Below, in pieces: positions 28,634 to 40,752 of a stretch of 64,000 nt of DNA. Below the pieces are notes generated by a model. That model was not told the origin of the DNA. It did no database searches and worked only from the letters and a program-made list of their open reading frames with translations. Every line of letters begins with the position of its first letter. Position 1 is the stretch's first letter. The position numbers and the translations under genes are program-made. The DNA is taken from positions 37,744,597 to 37,808,596 of the forward strand of contig NC_092698.1 in the NCBI RefSeq assembly GCF_964275005.1, given 5' to 3'. The stretch is from Diadema setosum (lineage: Eukaryota).

Positions 28634-31042
28634 GGTCTATCGGATTTAACAAGTTACTAGCAGAGCACTAGTAACTGTCAACAAAACACTTTGAAGATGT
28701 GTTCACCTGTATAGGCCTTTAAACTGTACAAGTTTTAGGATAAAAATAACAATTTCATTGGGGATTACAGAAAGCACGCTATTCACTCGTAGAATCGCCT
28801 TCTCTACTACGGTACTTGTTACTCACGGTTTCTTAAAGAGATCTTGGGACAATAAACTAGCCCCTCCTTCAGTCAAGCCCTAATCCAGCTCCCAAACATT
28901 TTTTTTTTTTTTTTTTTGCAAGACATGGGTTACAAAGGAGATTGATCAGCTAGCTTCAAAAGGACCACTGAGTCAAGAAAGTGTGGGAGGGAAATTAAAT
29001 GAAGCAGTCTGTAAAGCAGATAATGGTGACAAACAGACCCTCAAAAACAATGAACGGCTGCAGAATCCTGGAAAGGAAAGTTTCTGTAAGTTGAATCGTA
29101 GGAGTAAAAGTGAAAGAGAGGGAGAGAGTGGTAGAATTCCTGAGAGCCACTGAAGTAAAGTGTAAGACTTGTTTGACGTCACATGGGGAGAGGACAAAAC
29201 TAAAAGGAAAGTACAGTTACCATGTGTATCATGACGCATTCTCCTTCATATGCACTACAAAATTGCAGTCAAATTCATTAGCAACTTGCACTGTGTTGAC
29301 ATTGGCTAGAGTTTGAAAAAGACAGAACAGTTGCATGTTCTCCATTTCTAAAGTTTATAAAAAACACACAGTTTTTAATTTGCAGTCAACAAGCATAATT
29401 TTCTTCTAAACAACATCTTAAAGATCTACATTTTACAAGGTTTTAAGGAAATACACTGATGAAAATACAGAATGTATTGCCTGATTCAGGGAAACAGGAA
29501 TTGTAATACATATTGGGGAGAGGAAATAGTGCTACACGTGTAAGTGCTTTTGTTATGTCCTTTTTTTTTACAGAAGAAAGCAGTAACACTTCGGTGCGTC
29601 GATATGGACAAGGAGAGCAAGCAGTGGAAGAATGCGATTTGTTTTCTTTGGAAACTATTAACTGCTGCTGCATTTTATATCCCCCAACGACATGCTTCCA
29701 TTAACTGCTCTCACACCCAGTACTTGCTGAATGACACATTTGGAGAAACATATTCACAGTAGTTGACACACCTACATTGTCAGACTCTACACCTCCCTGA
29801 TGCTCCATCGCCATGCCTGATTGTGTTATCACATGATGTCGCACTTCTCGCCAATCAGGCTTCGTTCAGACAAGTCATAGGAAGGCTTTGTTCACACAGG
29901 TCTCAGTCATCACGTCATAAGGAACTGTCTAGCCAATAAATGGCACATCCTGCTTATAGTATGCTGGAATACTCCTGAGACCTGGCATATGAACCATCTA
30001 TAGCTATACCCTTTTAAGAATGACGCCAAAGTATCTACTCATGATGGAAACTGATTGGTACTTCCAAAAGCATGGAATATCTGGAAGCAGCCAACCTCCT
30101 GGAATCGGGACACTGCTATGAGAACAGGAATAAAAGTGTGACGTCACTGATAAATCCTATGATTGTAATCTCCCAATGACGTCAAATTGTTTTGCCCTTA
30201 ATTGGTTGCTTTTGTGATATCTAGTCGTGATTAACCTCATTCATCAGCATTTGAGTTCTGGTTATCACACTGTAATTACAGTGACCATCCTTTTCAAAAC
30301 AAGTTTGAATAGATTAACATTGTAAACAAAAATGTACTGTATCAAATCTGATCATTATCTGCAAGTTTTGGTGAGCAAATTTGAACAATTCATTGGACTA
30401 TTCTGATCAAGCTTAACTGCACATAAACAAGAAATAATCTGATAGTTTTAACAAAAAAAAAAATAGACACACAACTTATATTATTTATAATGCTACACTG
30501 AGCATACAATTGTTTTTCTCTCTCTCATTAAGGGTTGACATGACAGCTCCATTAAGCCATTCTACATTTCGTATACTTTGCACAAGAATAAATCTAAAAC
30601 AAAGATGATGTTTATGTTGGTCAGATATTTGGTATCACACTAGTTTTACAATGTAAAATATCACCACAGGGATATGCATTGTAAGTGTAGCTTCATGGAC
30701 AAGCTGCTATCACGATTACAATGTATATCTTCAGGGTTCAAGGTTCAAGGCTATTATTGACAGCAAGATTATCATGAGGTATTGTATATCTCACATTCAA
30801 GACCTTTTATACACCTTTCATTGCTAGACAGCTACCTTAAAACTAAAGCACAAAATCAACAACTGATACCCACCGCCACAGTGCACTGTATTCTAACCCC
30901 ACAAGTTTGGTTTTTTTGTCCATTTTTCTTCCCTGGCATACAAATATTCACTAACTCTCAGTCACTTGGCAGTATTATGTTCTTGTATGTTGTCATGTGA
31001 TTCTCTCTGGTTGGGCATCTAAAAGCTTGAGAGTTATATCTA

Positions 31043-31473
31043 CAGTTCGACCTCGATTATCCGGCCTCCTTTTATCCGGAAATCTCTATTATCTGGATGC
31101 GTTCACACAGTGAAGGACTTCTTTTTTAATCCAAAAATTGAGAAAAAACAGTGACTTTCATGGATCTATTTCACTAATTTCATGAGATGTGCATGATAGG
31201 TTTCTCAATATCTAATGAGGTAAAACATTTATGATTTTCACATAAAGATATACTTTATTTTTGTGAAGAAGGGACTACAATTTTGCGCAGGCTAGCATAG
31301 ATTACACCACCGTTATGGGGTACGCTACCTGCCTAGCTGCCAGTGCACTGGGACGGCAGCTTGGAGGGCAGCTATATACATTGTACATTAACATTGTGTC
31401 TCCCATATCCGGCCAATTCGCTTATCTGGATGAGCGCCGGTCCCGACATGGCCGGATAATCAAGGTCAAACTG
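31043..31473. mobile_element. Tc1/mariner-type MITE of 431 bp with 24-bp TIRs (CAGTTCGACCTCGATTATCCGGCC at one end, CAGTTTGACCTTGATTATCCGGCC at the other) and a TA target-site duplication.
   Basis: The left junction is TA (31041-42) followed by cagttcgacc. The right junction is ggtcaaactg followed by TA (31474-75). The TIRs match at 22 of 24 positions. There are internal ttatccgg/atctggatg sub-repeats and no ORF. Confidence 0.65.
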
Positions 31474-31589
31474 TACTAGATACTTTAATCAACATCTTGT
31501 ACTACATGTACATCAGTGCCGATACACGTGTATATAAGAGTTTTGCACACCACAGAACATGGGACGTGCCATGCACACTAAAAAACAAA

Positions 31590-32670
31590 ACACAACAATA
31601 CAAAACAATTAAAAAAAAACAGTTTTGAGGGGACATTAAAGATAATAAAAAGTTTTGGCACCTCAAAAGTGTCCTTGAATTTCCTTGTCTTAGTTTGTGT
31701 TTCAGGTTAAAGTACCTTTCATATAACTAACACTGTGAGACTTACTCGCCCCAAAGTGCTCTCATGTCTTAGTAATCATGCAATTAACTGCGACCAGCAG
31801 CCCCATACACATAGCGTAATCGGGCTTCGCATTGTAGCATTCAGGATCATGACAGATTTAGTATTGCAGGGTAAATGTCAACTTAAAATCCCATAAATTC
31901 TTCAATTTGAAGACTTACCAATTAAGTTGAAGTATTGAAAACAGGCTTTGGGCAACGTTTGGTTCTGCCTATAGTCCTTTTCTGTTCGAATTGATGACTG
32001 AATGTGACTCGGTCGACAGGACCTCAGGAGAGCTACATACAGTACACTGAATACTGATACAGCCAGTGCATGCGAACACATCGCATGCACACAAATTTCA
32101 AATCCATGAACGGATAAGATGTTTGTGTGCGCATGCGCTGGCCATGGTATCCAGTGTATGTAGCTCTCCCAAGGTCTTCTCGACCGAGTCACATTCAGTC
32201 ATCAATTCGAACAGAAAGGGACTATTGGCAGAACCAAACGTTGTTCGAAGCCTGTTTTCAATACTTCAACTTAATTGGTAAGTCTTCAAATCGAAGAAAT
32301 TTTTGGATTTTAAGTTGACATTTACCCGCGATACTAATTCTGTCACGATCCTGAATGCTACAATGCGAAACCCCATTACGCTATGCGTATGGGGCTGCTG
32401 GTCGCAGTTAGCTATGCGTACAATGGGCTGCACGCTGCTGGTCGCAGTCAGTGGTTTCCTACAATATTTATCGACGCTGTACAGCGTCGGCTCTGTTACG
32501 AAACCATTATTGCATGATTACTAAGACATGAGAGCACTTTGGGGCGAGTAATTCTCACAGACAACGTACTTTAACCTGAAACACAAACCGAGACAAGGAA
32601 ATTCAGGGAAGCTTTTGAGGTACCAAAACTTTTTATTATCTTTAACTCCCCCATGTTTAAACAGTGTGGC
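31590..32670. repeat. Large foldback structure of about 1.1 kb. Two arms of roughly 450-500 bp are near-perfect reverse complements around a centre near 32100.
   Basis: Arm 1 (about 31600-32080) and arm 2 (about 32130-32660) align as reverse complements over most of their length. Arm 2 carries an extra local duplication (aactgcgaccagcagc...gcatagc). The mirror-image ORFs 31902..32192(-) and 32066..32318(+) are artefacts. Confidence 0.6.
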
Positions 32671-34793
32671 AAAAAAAATAGTTACTTTTTTTTTCTTAAC
32701 CCGTTCACTACGGGAACCTGGTCAGCTTTGTATTAGTCTATGATGATTTCAGAATTCAGTATGGAATGGGGTTAATTTGGTTTTGTCAATGCACAGCAGA
32801 ATTCAGTGTAACTGGGTCAAACAATTTACCATGCCTCTCCTACAAGAGCTAGAAAAACACAATCTGGATCTTGCTGTTGTGCGACAGATGGTTTAATAAT
32901 GGCGCTACTCATCATCTGGGGAATCCATTATCAAGAGGCAAGCTCCTAACTTGCTTCACATGTTGCACAAAAATGTACCTCACTTATTCATGCCACGTGA
33001 ACATATGGGGGGGGGGGGACTTGGCATGTTGCAGAATATTTGAGCACACTGAAGAATTATCAAATGATAGTGCATACAGTCACTACTCATGTATTTCATT
33101 AATTCAAACCCCAAAATATCATCAGTTTCATCATCAATTTTGTTAAATGGTGTATCTTAGTGTATTTAGAGAGAATACTGGTCAGGATATATTTTTTTCT
33201 TTAATCCCACTTAAGAATACTGAGTCAGAGAGAACCTTCTGAAAGTCGTAGTCAGCAGGGCAGTACTCTGCATACAGTGTGCCATCGCTGACTTTGATGA
33301 AGAAGGCTTAGAAGGATAAATGGTTGATATAAACTTTGCTGATCAGTCACTTTGTAACCACTAGTTTCATTAAAAAAAAAATGCTATAATAGTACCGGTA
33401 ATGACAACTTTTGGATAACTATTGTTGTTTTAACACAATGAGAATCAGTGTACTTACAAGTTGTATAATAGACTGAGAAGGTAAGAATGACCCAACACAG
33501 TAATAGCCACATAGTATTGTCACTCAGTATCAACTTACATGTAGTTAGCATTTGCATTTTGTTTTTCCAAAGGAGTAACGTGTTACAATGTTTTTTTGTT
33601 TTTTTTTAACTTGTGAGTTGAGGAGAGAACTTCTGGTTCTGTCATGAGGGAAAGATAAAAAAAAAAAAATCTATCATAGAATAGGTTAAAGCCAGGTGGT
33701 AGGCAGACATCAGACATCATGGAAATGCATGTATAACCAAAAAGAAGTGATAAATTGTCAAAATAAATATAGGCCTAAACCAAAGATAAACAGCAAATTA
33801 ATTCAAACTCCTGAATCATGTTAATACAGTGATCCATATAGTAAAATTAGTGCGAGTGTCACTCAGTCAGAGCAAAAGAGAGCTATGTACCAGGCATGAA
33901 TATCAAAGAGCATTGTACAACAACAAAGCCAGGCAACGGCAGCAAACGGACGCAGTGCAGTGCAGCGTCAAATGAACAAACATCCACGGGCAAAGCCTGG
34001 CGGCAACAATGCCGGGATACCGCAGAGACGCAACTTTGGAAAAAACTTGTATGTTCTTCGAATTATCTACTCACCTTCATTTCGGAAAGAGCTGTGGATT
34101 TATTCAGAACATCGCACTATTTCTGCACGTCCCAAAGTACAGTCCACGCCAGGAAAGGCGTCTTTTTTTGCCCGAAATAAAGTGGCAGACCTCGCACAAT
34201 AGCATTATCACCACGTCAATTCAATAACAACACCGCATTTCATACCAATTGTTAAAATTGAACCAATCAATAAACACGGAGCGTGGTCTCGTTTCACGGG
34301 CGATACTATGTATATGACTGTGAGCAATTCCGTCGTAGAGGGCAGTAAAGTGCAGAGCAGTAAACGCGTCATTATGCATGTTGTGATTGTACCATGATGA
34401 TTGCACATAGAAAGAAAATTCCCCCTTTAATTTTGGTCGGGTTGTATGATACCCGTTTTCAGCCTATGAGAGTTTCGGCGTAACATATCATATGCATGAT
34501 AGGTCGTACGCCTAAAATGTCTGAGATACGGCTGCTTTTGAAATATAGCTTTATCTGCAACGACATTATCTATAAATCTTATGAAATTTCTGTCTTTTTA
34601 TTAGAAACCTAAGAGTTAGGAAATACTTGTGCTACACTCTAACCAAGCACTCTTTCTTTCTTTTTTGTTATTTCTCTTCACTGTGTCTTTACTCTTTCTC
34701 TTTCTATAACTATGTCAAAGCATGTGAGTATCCAATCCCTACCGGTATTCATTTTCTGAGTTTATTCTTTTCTTTTCCTCCTCCTCCTCCTCC

Positions 34794-34826
<33 letters not shown>

Positions 34827-34865
34827 AAAGAGCAGCTCAATTTCTCTTTAATTTTTTCTTTGCTT

Positions 34866-34913
<48 letters not shown>

Positions 34914-35884
34914 CAAGAATTGTTTAAGCTCTAACAACATAACTACGTATAAGGTCTACAGGACAATAAAGGCCATCATTTATTGATACGTGAGATATAG
35001 ATATAGGCCTATGATAGATGTCAGGTTTTCTGTTTGTTGATTTATTTGTCCAACGGCAGCAGCAGAATTAAATGAATTTACAAAGAAAATGCGTCGAGCA
35101 ATGATTCATTATCAATGAAATAGCAATAGCAGTTAATTATTTTCTCCCAGCGAAAGTAAATGCAAAACCTTGGTTAAGAATTAAAAAAAAAAATGTACAA
35201 TTACGGATTATCATACACAGCGATCCGTTACGACAAGAAATGTTTCACATTTTGAGTTTGCTATTACCGCATCTCAAGGCTATATCATATTTATTATCGC
35301 AGGGAAGATGGGAACTCTAAAAATTATACTCCAGTATTATGTGATTACGAAATCTAACTATACAATGACCATGACTTGTATACATGATAAAACAGACTTG
35401 TATAGTGCTTGGTGTGCAATGGCAATCATGAAAATATCACCAAGAGGTGGCGCTGTATTACTATTCTACATGAGCATGATGAGAAGCATGCTACGATACC
35501 AGCTTACTTTTCTTTATCGCATTGCCAACTTTACAGGTACTGGATTGTCATGAACATCTGTAGGTCTCAAGTACACAGTCAATGTAACTGAAATAGAAAT
35601 CGCATTATGAAATACAATTACAATATATTTTGTTTTCTCTAGATAGCAAATCGAAGCAAAATTTGTCTCTTGCAGGGGCCGCGGAACCGGGGGGGGGGGG
35701 GGGGTGGCTGGGGGCTGCAGCCCCCCCCCCCCCCACACACACACACAGACACACACTTTTGTCTCGTGAAAAAAAAAAAAAGAAAGAAAGAAAAAAAAAA
35801 AGGGGGAAAAATCGGGGAAAAAATTTTAACACCCATGAATTTGAATTTCCAAAGATTTCGCCCTTACATAAAGTTCCCGTTCAA

Positions 35885-35894
35885 GCACCGGCGT

Positions 35895-35928
<34 letters not shown>

Positions 35929-37296
35929 TAAAAGGGGGGGGGGGGGGGCGATGGGGGCGGTCGCCCCGGGCCCTTAAGATTCTGAATAATTCTGAGTGCA
36001 CAAGACTTATCACTTACATTCCGAAAAATCAATAGTTTCCTTATGTACAAGGGGAATATCCCCTTTTAATCAACCCTTTCCTCTCTAAGTTCCCACGATC
36101 ATTTTTTTTTATAATTTCCCAAATATTCCATGAAATACATGTGTATGCGTATACGAGATATCTGAATTTCAGCTTTAAATAGGCTAAAGCTCCCTCGTAC
36201 GGGAATGGTGGGGATAGCACTCTCCCACGCTTTCTCCCTGTTCCCCCCCCCCCCCACCGCCCTGTGCATACAAGGTAGTAGACTATACATACACTTTGAG
36301 TTTTGAAAATAAAACTATATGCCACAAAATGTGTGCACCAAAACGTTTAACTGCAATCAGAAAATACAGAATCTCCTTCATGTAGGAGGGGTAATAGGGC
36401 TTATCCCCTCCCACATCCTCCTGCTATGTCTTCTTCCACAGACTTGCTACACTTCTCTGATTGACAAATTTCCAACAAAAGTGTGAGCCAGATCGTTGAA
36501 TTTCATGCAGTTCTAAAAATGAAAAAGCTCCCTCGAAAATGGGAGACGTATCTTGCCACCATCCCATTAACAAGGTCCACTCTATAGACTTAGTACACTT
36601 TGGGTAATGACAATTTCCGAATTTCCCACAAAAAGTGTGCTTCAGATCGCTTTATTTCAATTCTAACAACGCAAAAGCTCCTCCCCCTCTACCTCATTAG
36701 ACTTTGTACATACACACAGATGATGCACACGCGGAATAAGAACTAAATGCCGTGATATTGCCATACGATTGCTGTTAACACTTTCCTGAAAAAACCTAAT
36801 TTCATTTCCATTATTCTTTTTTTTGGGGGGGGGGGGGGGAGGGGAGCTAGAAAAAATTCCAAGTATTGCACCCAAAGTTTGCACCAGATCGCTGATTTCA
36901 GGTCTGAAAATGTAAAATCACATTCGTGTGGGAGGAGAAATATCCCTTATGTACACCCTCGTGTGCATGCCTTTTCTGTTTGATTGCTTAACAGACAGCG
37001 TTCATGAAATTCATTGTAAGAATTAATAAAAGAAGTTTATTTAAATGGTACCACTTTATAGGCAAATTGTTCTATAATAATCCAAGTGGGCTGTTTCAAG
37101 TCGATAAAACACGCAAAAACATGCATCAAATTGCACCATTTACAACACCAAAAAGCAAAAAGTTCTCACCGTGGGAGGGGGGGGGGACACCCCCTCTCAC
37201 ACCCCCCCCCCCCTCGCTCGCTCCGCTCGCTCGGGCTCGGTCGCTTCGCTCCCTCGCATAGTAACCCCCCAAGATCATATCCTGGTTACGCCGGTG
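35885..37296 (-). mobile_element. Copy A of a non-autonomous TIR element of 1412 bp, related to the 59545-62623 insertion but carrying only one internal 270-bp unit. It is flanked by a degenerate 8-bp TSD (cgttcaag and cgtgtaag).
   Basis: The ends are caccggcgtagc at 35885 and cctggttacgccggtg at 37281-37296; these are mutual reverse complements and match the TIRs of copy B. The internal sequence from 36990 to 37260 is the reverse complement of array unit 1 at 59580-59830. The segments 36880-36960 and 35930-36000 match the reverse complement of 61740-61830 and 62290-62620. Confidence 0.55.
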
Positions 37297-37610
37297 CGTG
37301 TAAGCGGGGGCGGGGGGGGGGGGGGGGGGGCCTTGACCTTGACTTGACACCCCCCGGTCCCGCAGCCCCCCCCCCCCCCTCCTACACTGAAAAACGTTCC
37401 GCGGCCCCTGTCTTGAAAGTGTAACTGTGTGTCCAATGTATCTGAAGTGTTTCATGATTTTAATCATAGTGACTTAATTTTCGCTGTGTGTGGGATGGGG
37501 TTGTTCGTGGTTGTTTGGATCTAGGGTCATTGTTATCTCCCCCCCCCCCCTTCCTTGGCGATAAAAATCTGGGGGCGGGGAAGTTATCTTTTCTTCTTTT
37601 TTCCACGTTT

Positions 37611-37688
37611 AAGTGTGTGTGTGTGTGTGTGTGTGTGTGCAGGTGTGCGTGTATGTGTGTGTATGTGCGCGTGCGTGGGGGGGGGGGT
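37611..37688. repeat. (GT)n microsatellite merging into a (G)12 tract.
   Basis: Read directly. Confidence 0.9.
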
Positions 37689-38389
37689 AGCAAACCGCTA
37701 GAAAATTCTAACTTCAAAATATTAACTAAAAGTATAGAAAACAAAAAAGGGGACCACAATCTGTTTTAGAGAGCTATGCGGCAAAATATTAACAACTGAA
37801 AATCAAATAAAACGTTAGATAAATATTTCTCCCAGTAACCCTTATAAGATATGTATAATTGGGATTATGACATTCAGATGATTGGGAATACTGTTTTTGC
37901 CAGTTGACATGTAAAGTTGCAAAAATGGAAAAGAAAGAAAAAAGGAACAATGTTTAATAGTAAACAAAGTATAAATATATGAAGTGACAACAATGACTTT
38001 AAACATCTTTCCACATGCCTCAGAGAAAGAATACGCTGGCAGGGAGACTAATTAGCCTAATCAATCCCAGATTGAGAGATAAGAGTTATTTAGAGCGGTT
38101 GAAGTTAGCAATTAGTAGATGTGACCTTCGCTACCACTTGGACTGGATAAAAGCAAACTTTTCAAACCGTCAAGTTCAATTTTATTTTATTTCTTATCTA
38201 TCTCAACATAACCTATAACAATCTCTCTACCGTCCGCTGTTTCGTTGTCTCCCTGTATTAATTCATTATTGTACTGTAGGATGCACACTCTTTATGACAT
38301 AAATCAAATTGTGGATCAGTTTAGAATCGCTGGAGATAGAACGTCATCTCTTTCCGCTCCGAAAGCACAAATTCCAATTTTTTTTTTTT

Positions 38390-38453
38390 CGCCAACCAAT
38401 TATTGGTTGTATTTACTGACATAAATACTTAACGAAGCAAGCAATTCAAGAGT
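38390..38453 (+). promoter_or_regulatory. Putative core promoter of esterase gene 1. A palindromic double CCAAT element (ccaaccaattattggttg) sits about 50 bp upstream, and a TATA-like cataaatact about 25 bp upstream of the ATG.
   Basis: Motifs read from the sequence only; the transcription start site is unknown. Confidence 0.3.
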
Positions 38454-38858
38454 ATGCCTGCACTAAGAACTGTGATTCTCAGTGTATGCATCGCGCTGAG
38501 CCTAGTTACCAGCACGGATGCAGCCACTGCCGAGAAGATCGGTTCGCCAACTATCACTCTGCCATCTGGAGCAAATCTAACGGGCATCACGAGGCTGTAC
38601 AATGAATCAGACTTCCTCAATCTTACCAAGCCCATCGATTCCTATCTCGGCATCCCTTTCGCCGTGCCTCCAGTGGGCGATCTCCGCTTTGAAGACCCGC
38701 AGCCGTACACGATCATGGAGGACTACGACGCAACAGAACATCGGGCTATATGTCCCCAGATGAGCCCCGTCCGTCACGTACCGGTGGTGGGTCCCAAGGT
38801 GGGACGAGACGTATCAGAGGATTGCCTTTACCTGACCATTTACTCTCCGTCACCAAAG
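38454..38858 (+). CDS. Carboxylesterase type-B/cholinesterase-like gene 1, exon 1 (135 codons). It carries a signal peptide (MPALRTVILSVCIALSLVTSTDA) and the EDCLYLTIY motif.
   Basis: The ATG is at 38454. The donor is aag|gttaga at 38859, in phase 0. The homologous exon of gene 2 is also 405 nt. Confidence 0.85.
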
Positions 38859-39013
38859 GTTAGAAATAGTATTGTGCATCTATCTATGAATCTATGAATC
38901 TTCTTTCTTCAAAGTTACAGTAATTCCATGTGTTCTCTGCACAGGAACACTGCAATGTCGATTTAATCGGATCATAATCATGTAGGCAATTCAAAACATA
39001 AGCGTCATCTTCG

Positions 39014-39014
<1 letters not shown>

Positions 39015-39074
<60 letters not shown>
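39015..39074. repeat. (CA)30 microsatellite in intron 1 of gene 1.
   Basis: Read directly. Confidence 0.95.
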
Positions 39075-39077
<3 letters not shown>

Positions 39078-40097
39078 CTGCAAACTCTGTGTGCGTTGTT
39101 ATCATTGTTGAACATTTTTATAAGTTTCATGATAAAGTAATACCCAAGGAACTTTTTACCCGTTTCTGCACGCTTTCAAATCCCAAATGAAACTCATCTT
39201 TTGATTTGACAAGTTTTGTGACAATGTCTGATGATTCAAACTTTATCACATGCACTATATAAATCGAAGATTAGCTGAGGATTTTTGTACTTCTTGTGTT
39301 TGCAAGAATAGCCTGAAGTAAATCATTTTAAAGCATTTCAGAAACATCACCTTCTTAAGCTATCTTTTGATCGTAACGCCGCGGTGGTACACGGCGTGTT
39401 GCCTGCTGTACAAGTTATTCTATTGATTAATGAATTCTCTTATGTCTCACCAGATGCTTTAATAAAGATAAAAGAACAACAAAAATATAAAAAACAACAA
39501 AAACCCCAACAACAAAAAGCAAAACCCCAAACCAGCAACTCATAGCACAAAAAATACCCATAGACTGATAAACTCGCACATCGAGTTAATCTTCAATCAT
39601 TTTAATCTTTAATCATTTTAATCATAAACTATTTGTATAAACTCTTAAGTAATCTAATGGCTAATCATGTCGAAACATGCATACATGTAATGAAATAGAT
39701 GTATGAAATATTGAACGCAATTCAACGCATTTTTTCTTACTGTCGATTGGAGGATTATTCGTTTCTCCTCAGTTCTGTCATGACCACTCAATAAATCAAT
39801 TCCTCTATCTTTAACATACGTTTTTCTTCCCTTATAAACCTCAACCAATAATTACATTGACTGCGATAAACTGAGCAAAATTAAGTGTGCAGACTCTTAA
39901 AGGTTTACTTAATTCCAAAAAAGCGAAGAATTCTAAGATTTCACATGTGATCAACCACAAGCACTGCCCGAAAAAAAAAAAAGAAAGAGCACGAGTTTGA
40001 CAGCTGTGCGAGATGCGTATGAGTAAGCGTGAGATGTATGTTGGTTGAGTTTAGACTAACAATTTACTTGACGCATCTGTCGTCATCCCATTGATAG

Positions 40098-40260
40098 CCC
40101 ACCACACCCGTACCTGTCATGGTGTGGATCCACGGAGGGGGGTACGCCGTCGGTGCGGGATCGGGGATCATTTACCAACCCATCCCACTCGTCGCCATGT
40201 CCGACATCATCGTCGTCAACCTCAACTACCGACTCGGCGTCTTTGGCTTTCTGACCACAG
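40098..40260 (+). CDS. Gene 1 exon 2 (163 nt), encoding PVMVWIHGGGYAVGAG...NYRLGVFGFLTT(G). This is the oxyanion-hole region.
   Basis: The acceptor is ttgatag|CCC. The exon ends in phase 1 at a probable GC donor (CAG|gcaagc), at the exact position where the paralogue has CAG|gtactt. Confidence 0.75.
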
Positions 40261-40395
40261 GCAAGCACACATTATGCACTACATGGCAAGGGAGTGGAAT
40301 GAAAATGTGTCGATTATTTAGAAATATGATTTCTTGGTGTTGATTCTATTTAAAAAAAAAAAAAATCTCGTACAAAATTAATGTATACAATGATT

Positions 40396-40752
40396 TGGCT
40401 CAGTCGGGAGCTCGTCACGACTCCCAATCTAAATGACCCGGGTTCGATTCCCAAGTCTAATTGGAAAATGTTATAGTTGTGTGTAATCATACCGTACTCT
40501 CTATAGTGAGAGGCAAAACACTCTGTCCCTCGGATAGGACGATAGAATGGAGGTCCCGTAAGTGAAAGAGCCACAACTAATGCAGGTAAAAGATCCCGCT
40601 TCATTCATCCATCGAAAAGAGCAGGGTGCATCACCCGGTGAAGTGGTCCGTCTCACGAACTTGACCCTATGGAAGACAACCTACAGTGCAGCTGAATATG
40701 GACTATCCAGCCATCTTCTCAGATGAAAATGAAACAAACAAACAAACATTTG
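40396..40752 (+). mobile_element. tRNA-derived SINE, family 2, in intron 2 of gene 1. The head is tggctcagtcgg...gggttcgattccc, with a perfect B box, and the tail is (CAAA)n.
   Basis: It has an A-box-like TGGCTCAGTCGG and a B box GGTTCGATTCC, and ends in gaaacaaacaaacaaac. Its 3' end recurs as a reverse-complement copy at 58215-58306. Confidence 0.6.

Noticed and set aside
29780-30240. Possible histone-type promoter or histone gene cluster suggested by the CCAAT plus TGACGTCA density.
   Set aside because: No histone-like ORF (for example SGRGK… or ARTKQ…) exists on either strand nearby. Kept only as a candidate regulatory cluster.
31902-32318. Mirror-image ORFs 31902..32192(-) and 32066..32318(+) with near-identical peptides.
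   Set aside because: They are generated by the two arms of the 1.1-kb foldback, not by a gene.
38429-38635. Minus-strand ORFs 38429..38635 and 49210..49413 (MGLVRLRKSDSLYSLVMPV…), which resemble each other.
   Set aside because: They lie antisense to the conserved esterase exon 1 of the two paralogues. Their similarity only mirrors the sense-strand conservation.
38859-38897. Read-through extensions of ORFs 38454..38897 and 49232..49693 beyond …SPSPK.
   Set aside because: The consensus GT donors sit right after AAG (Lys) in both paralogues, and the next exons are in phase. The extra residues are intronic.
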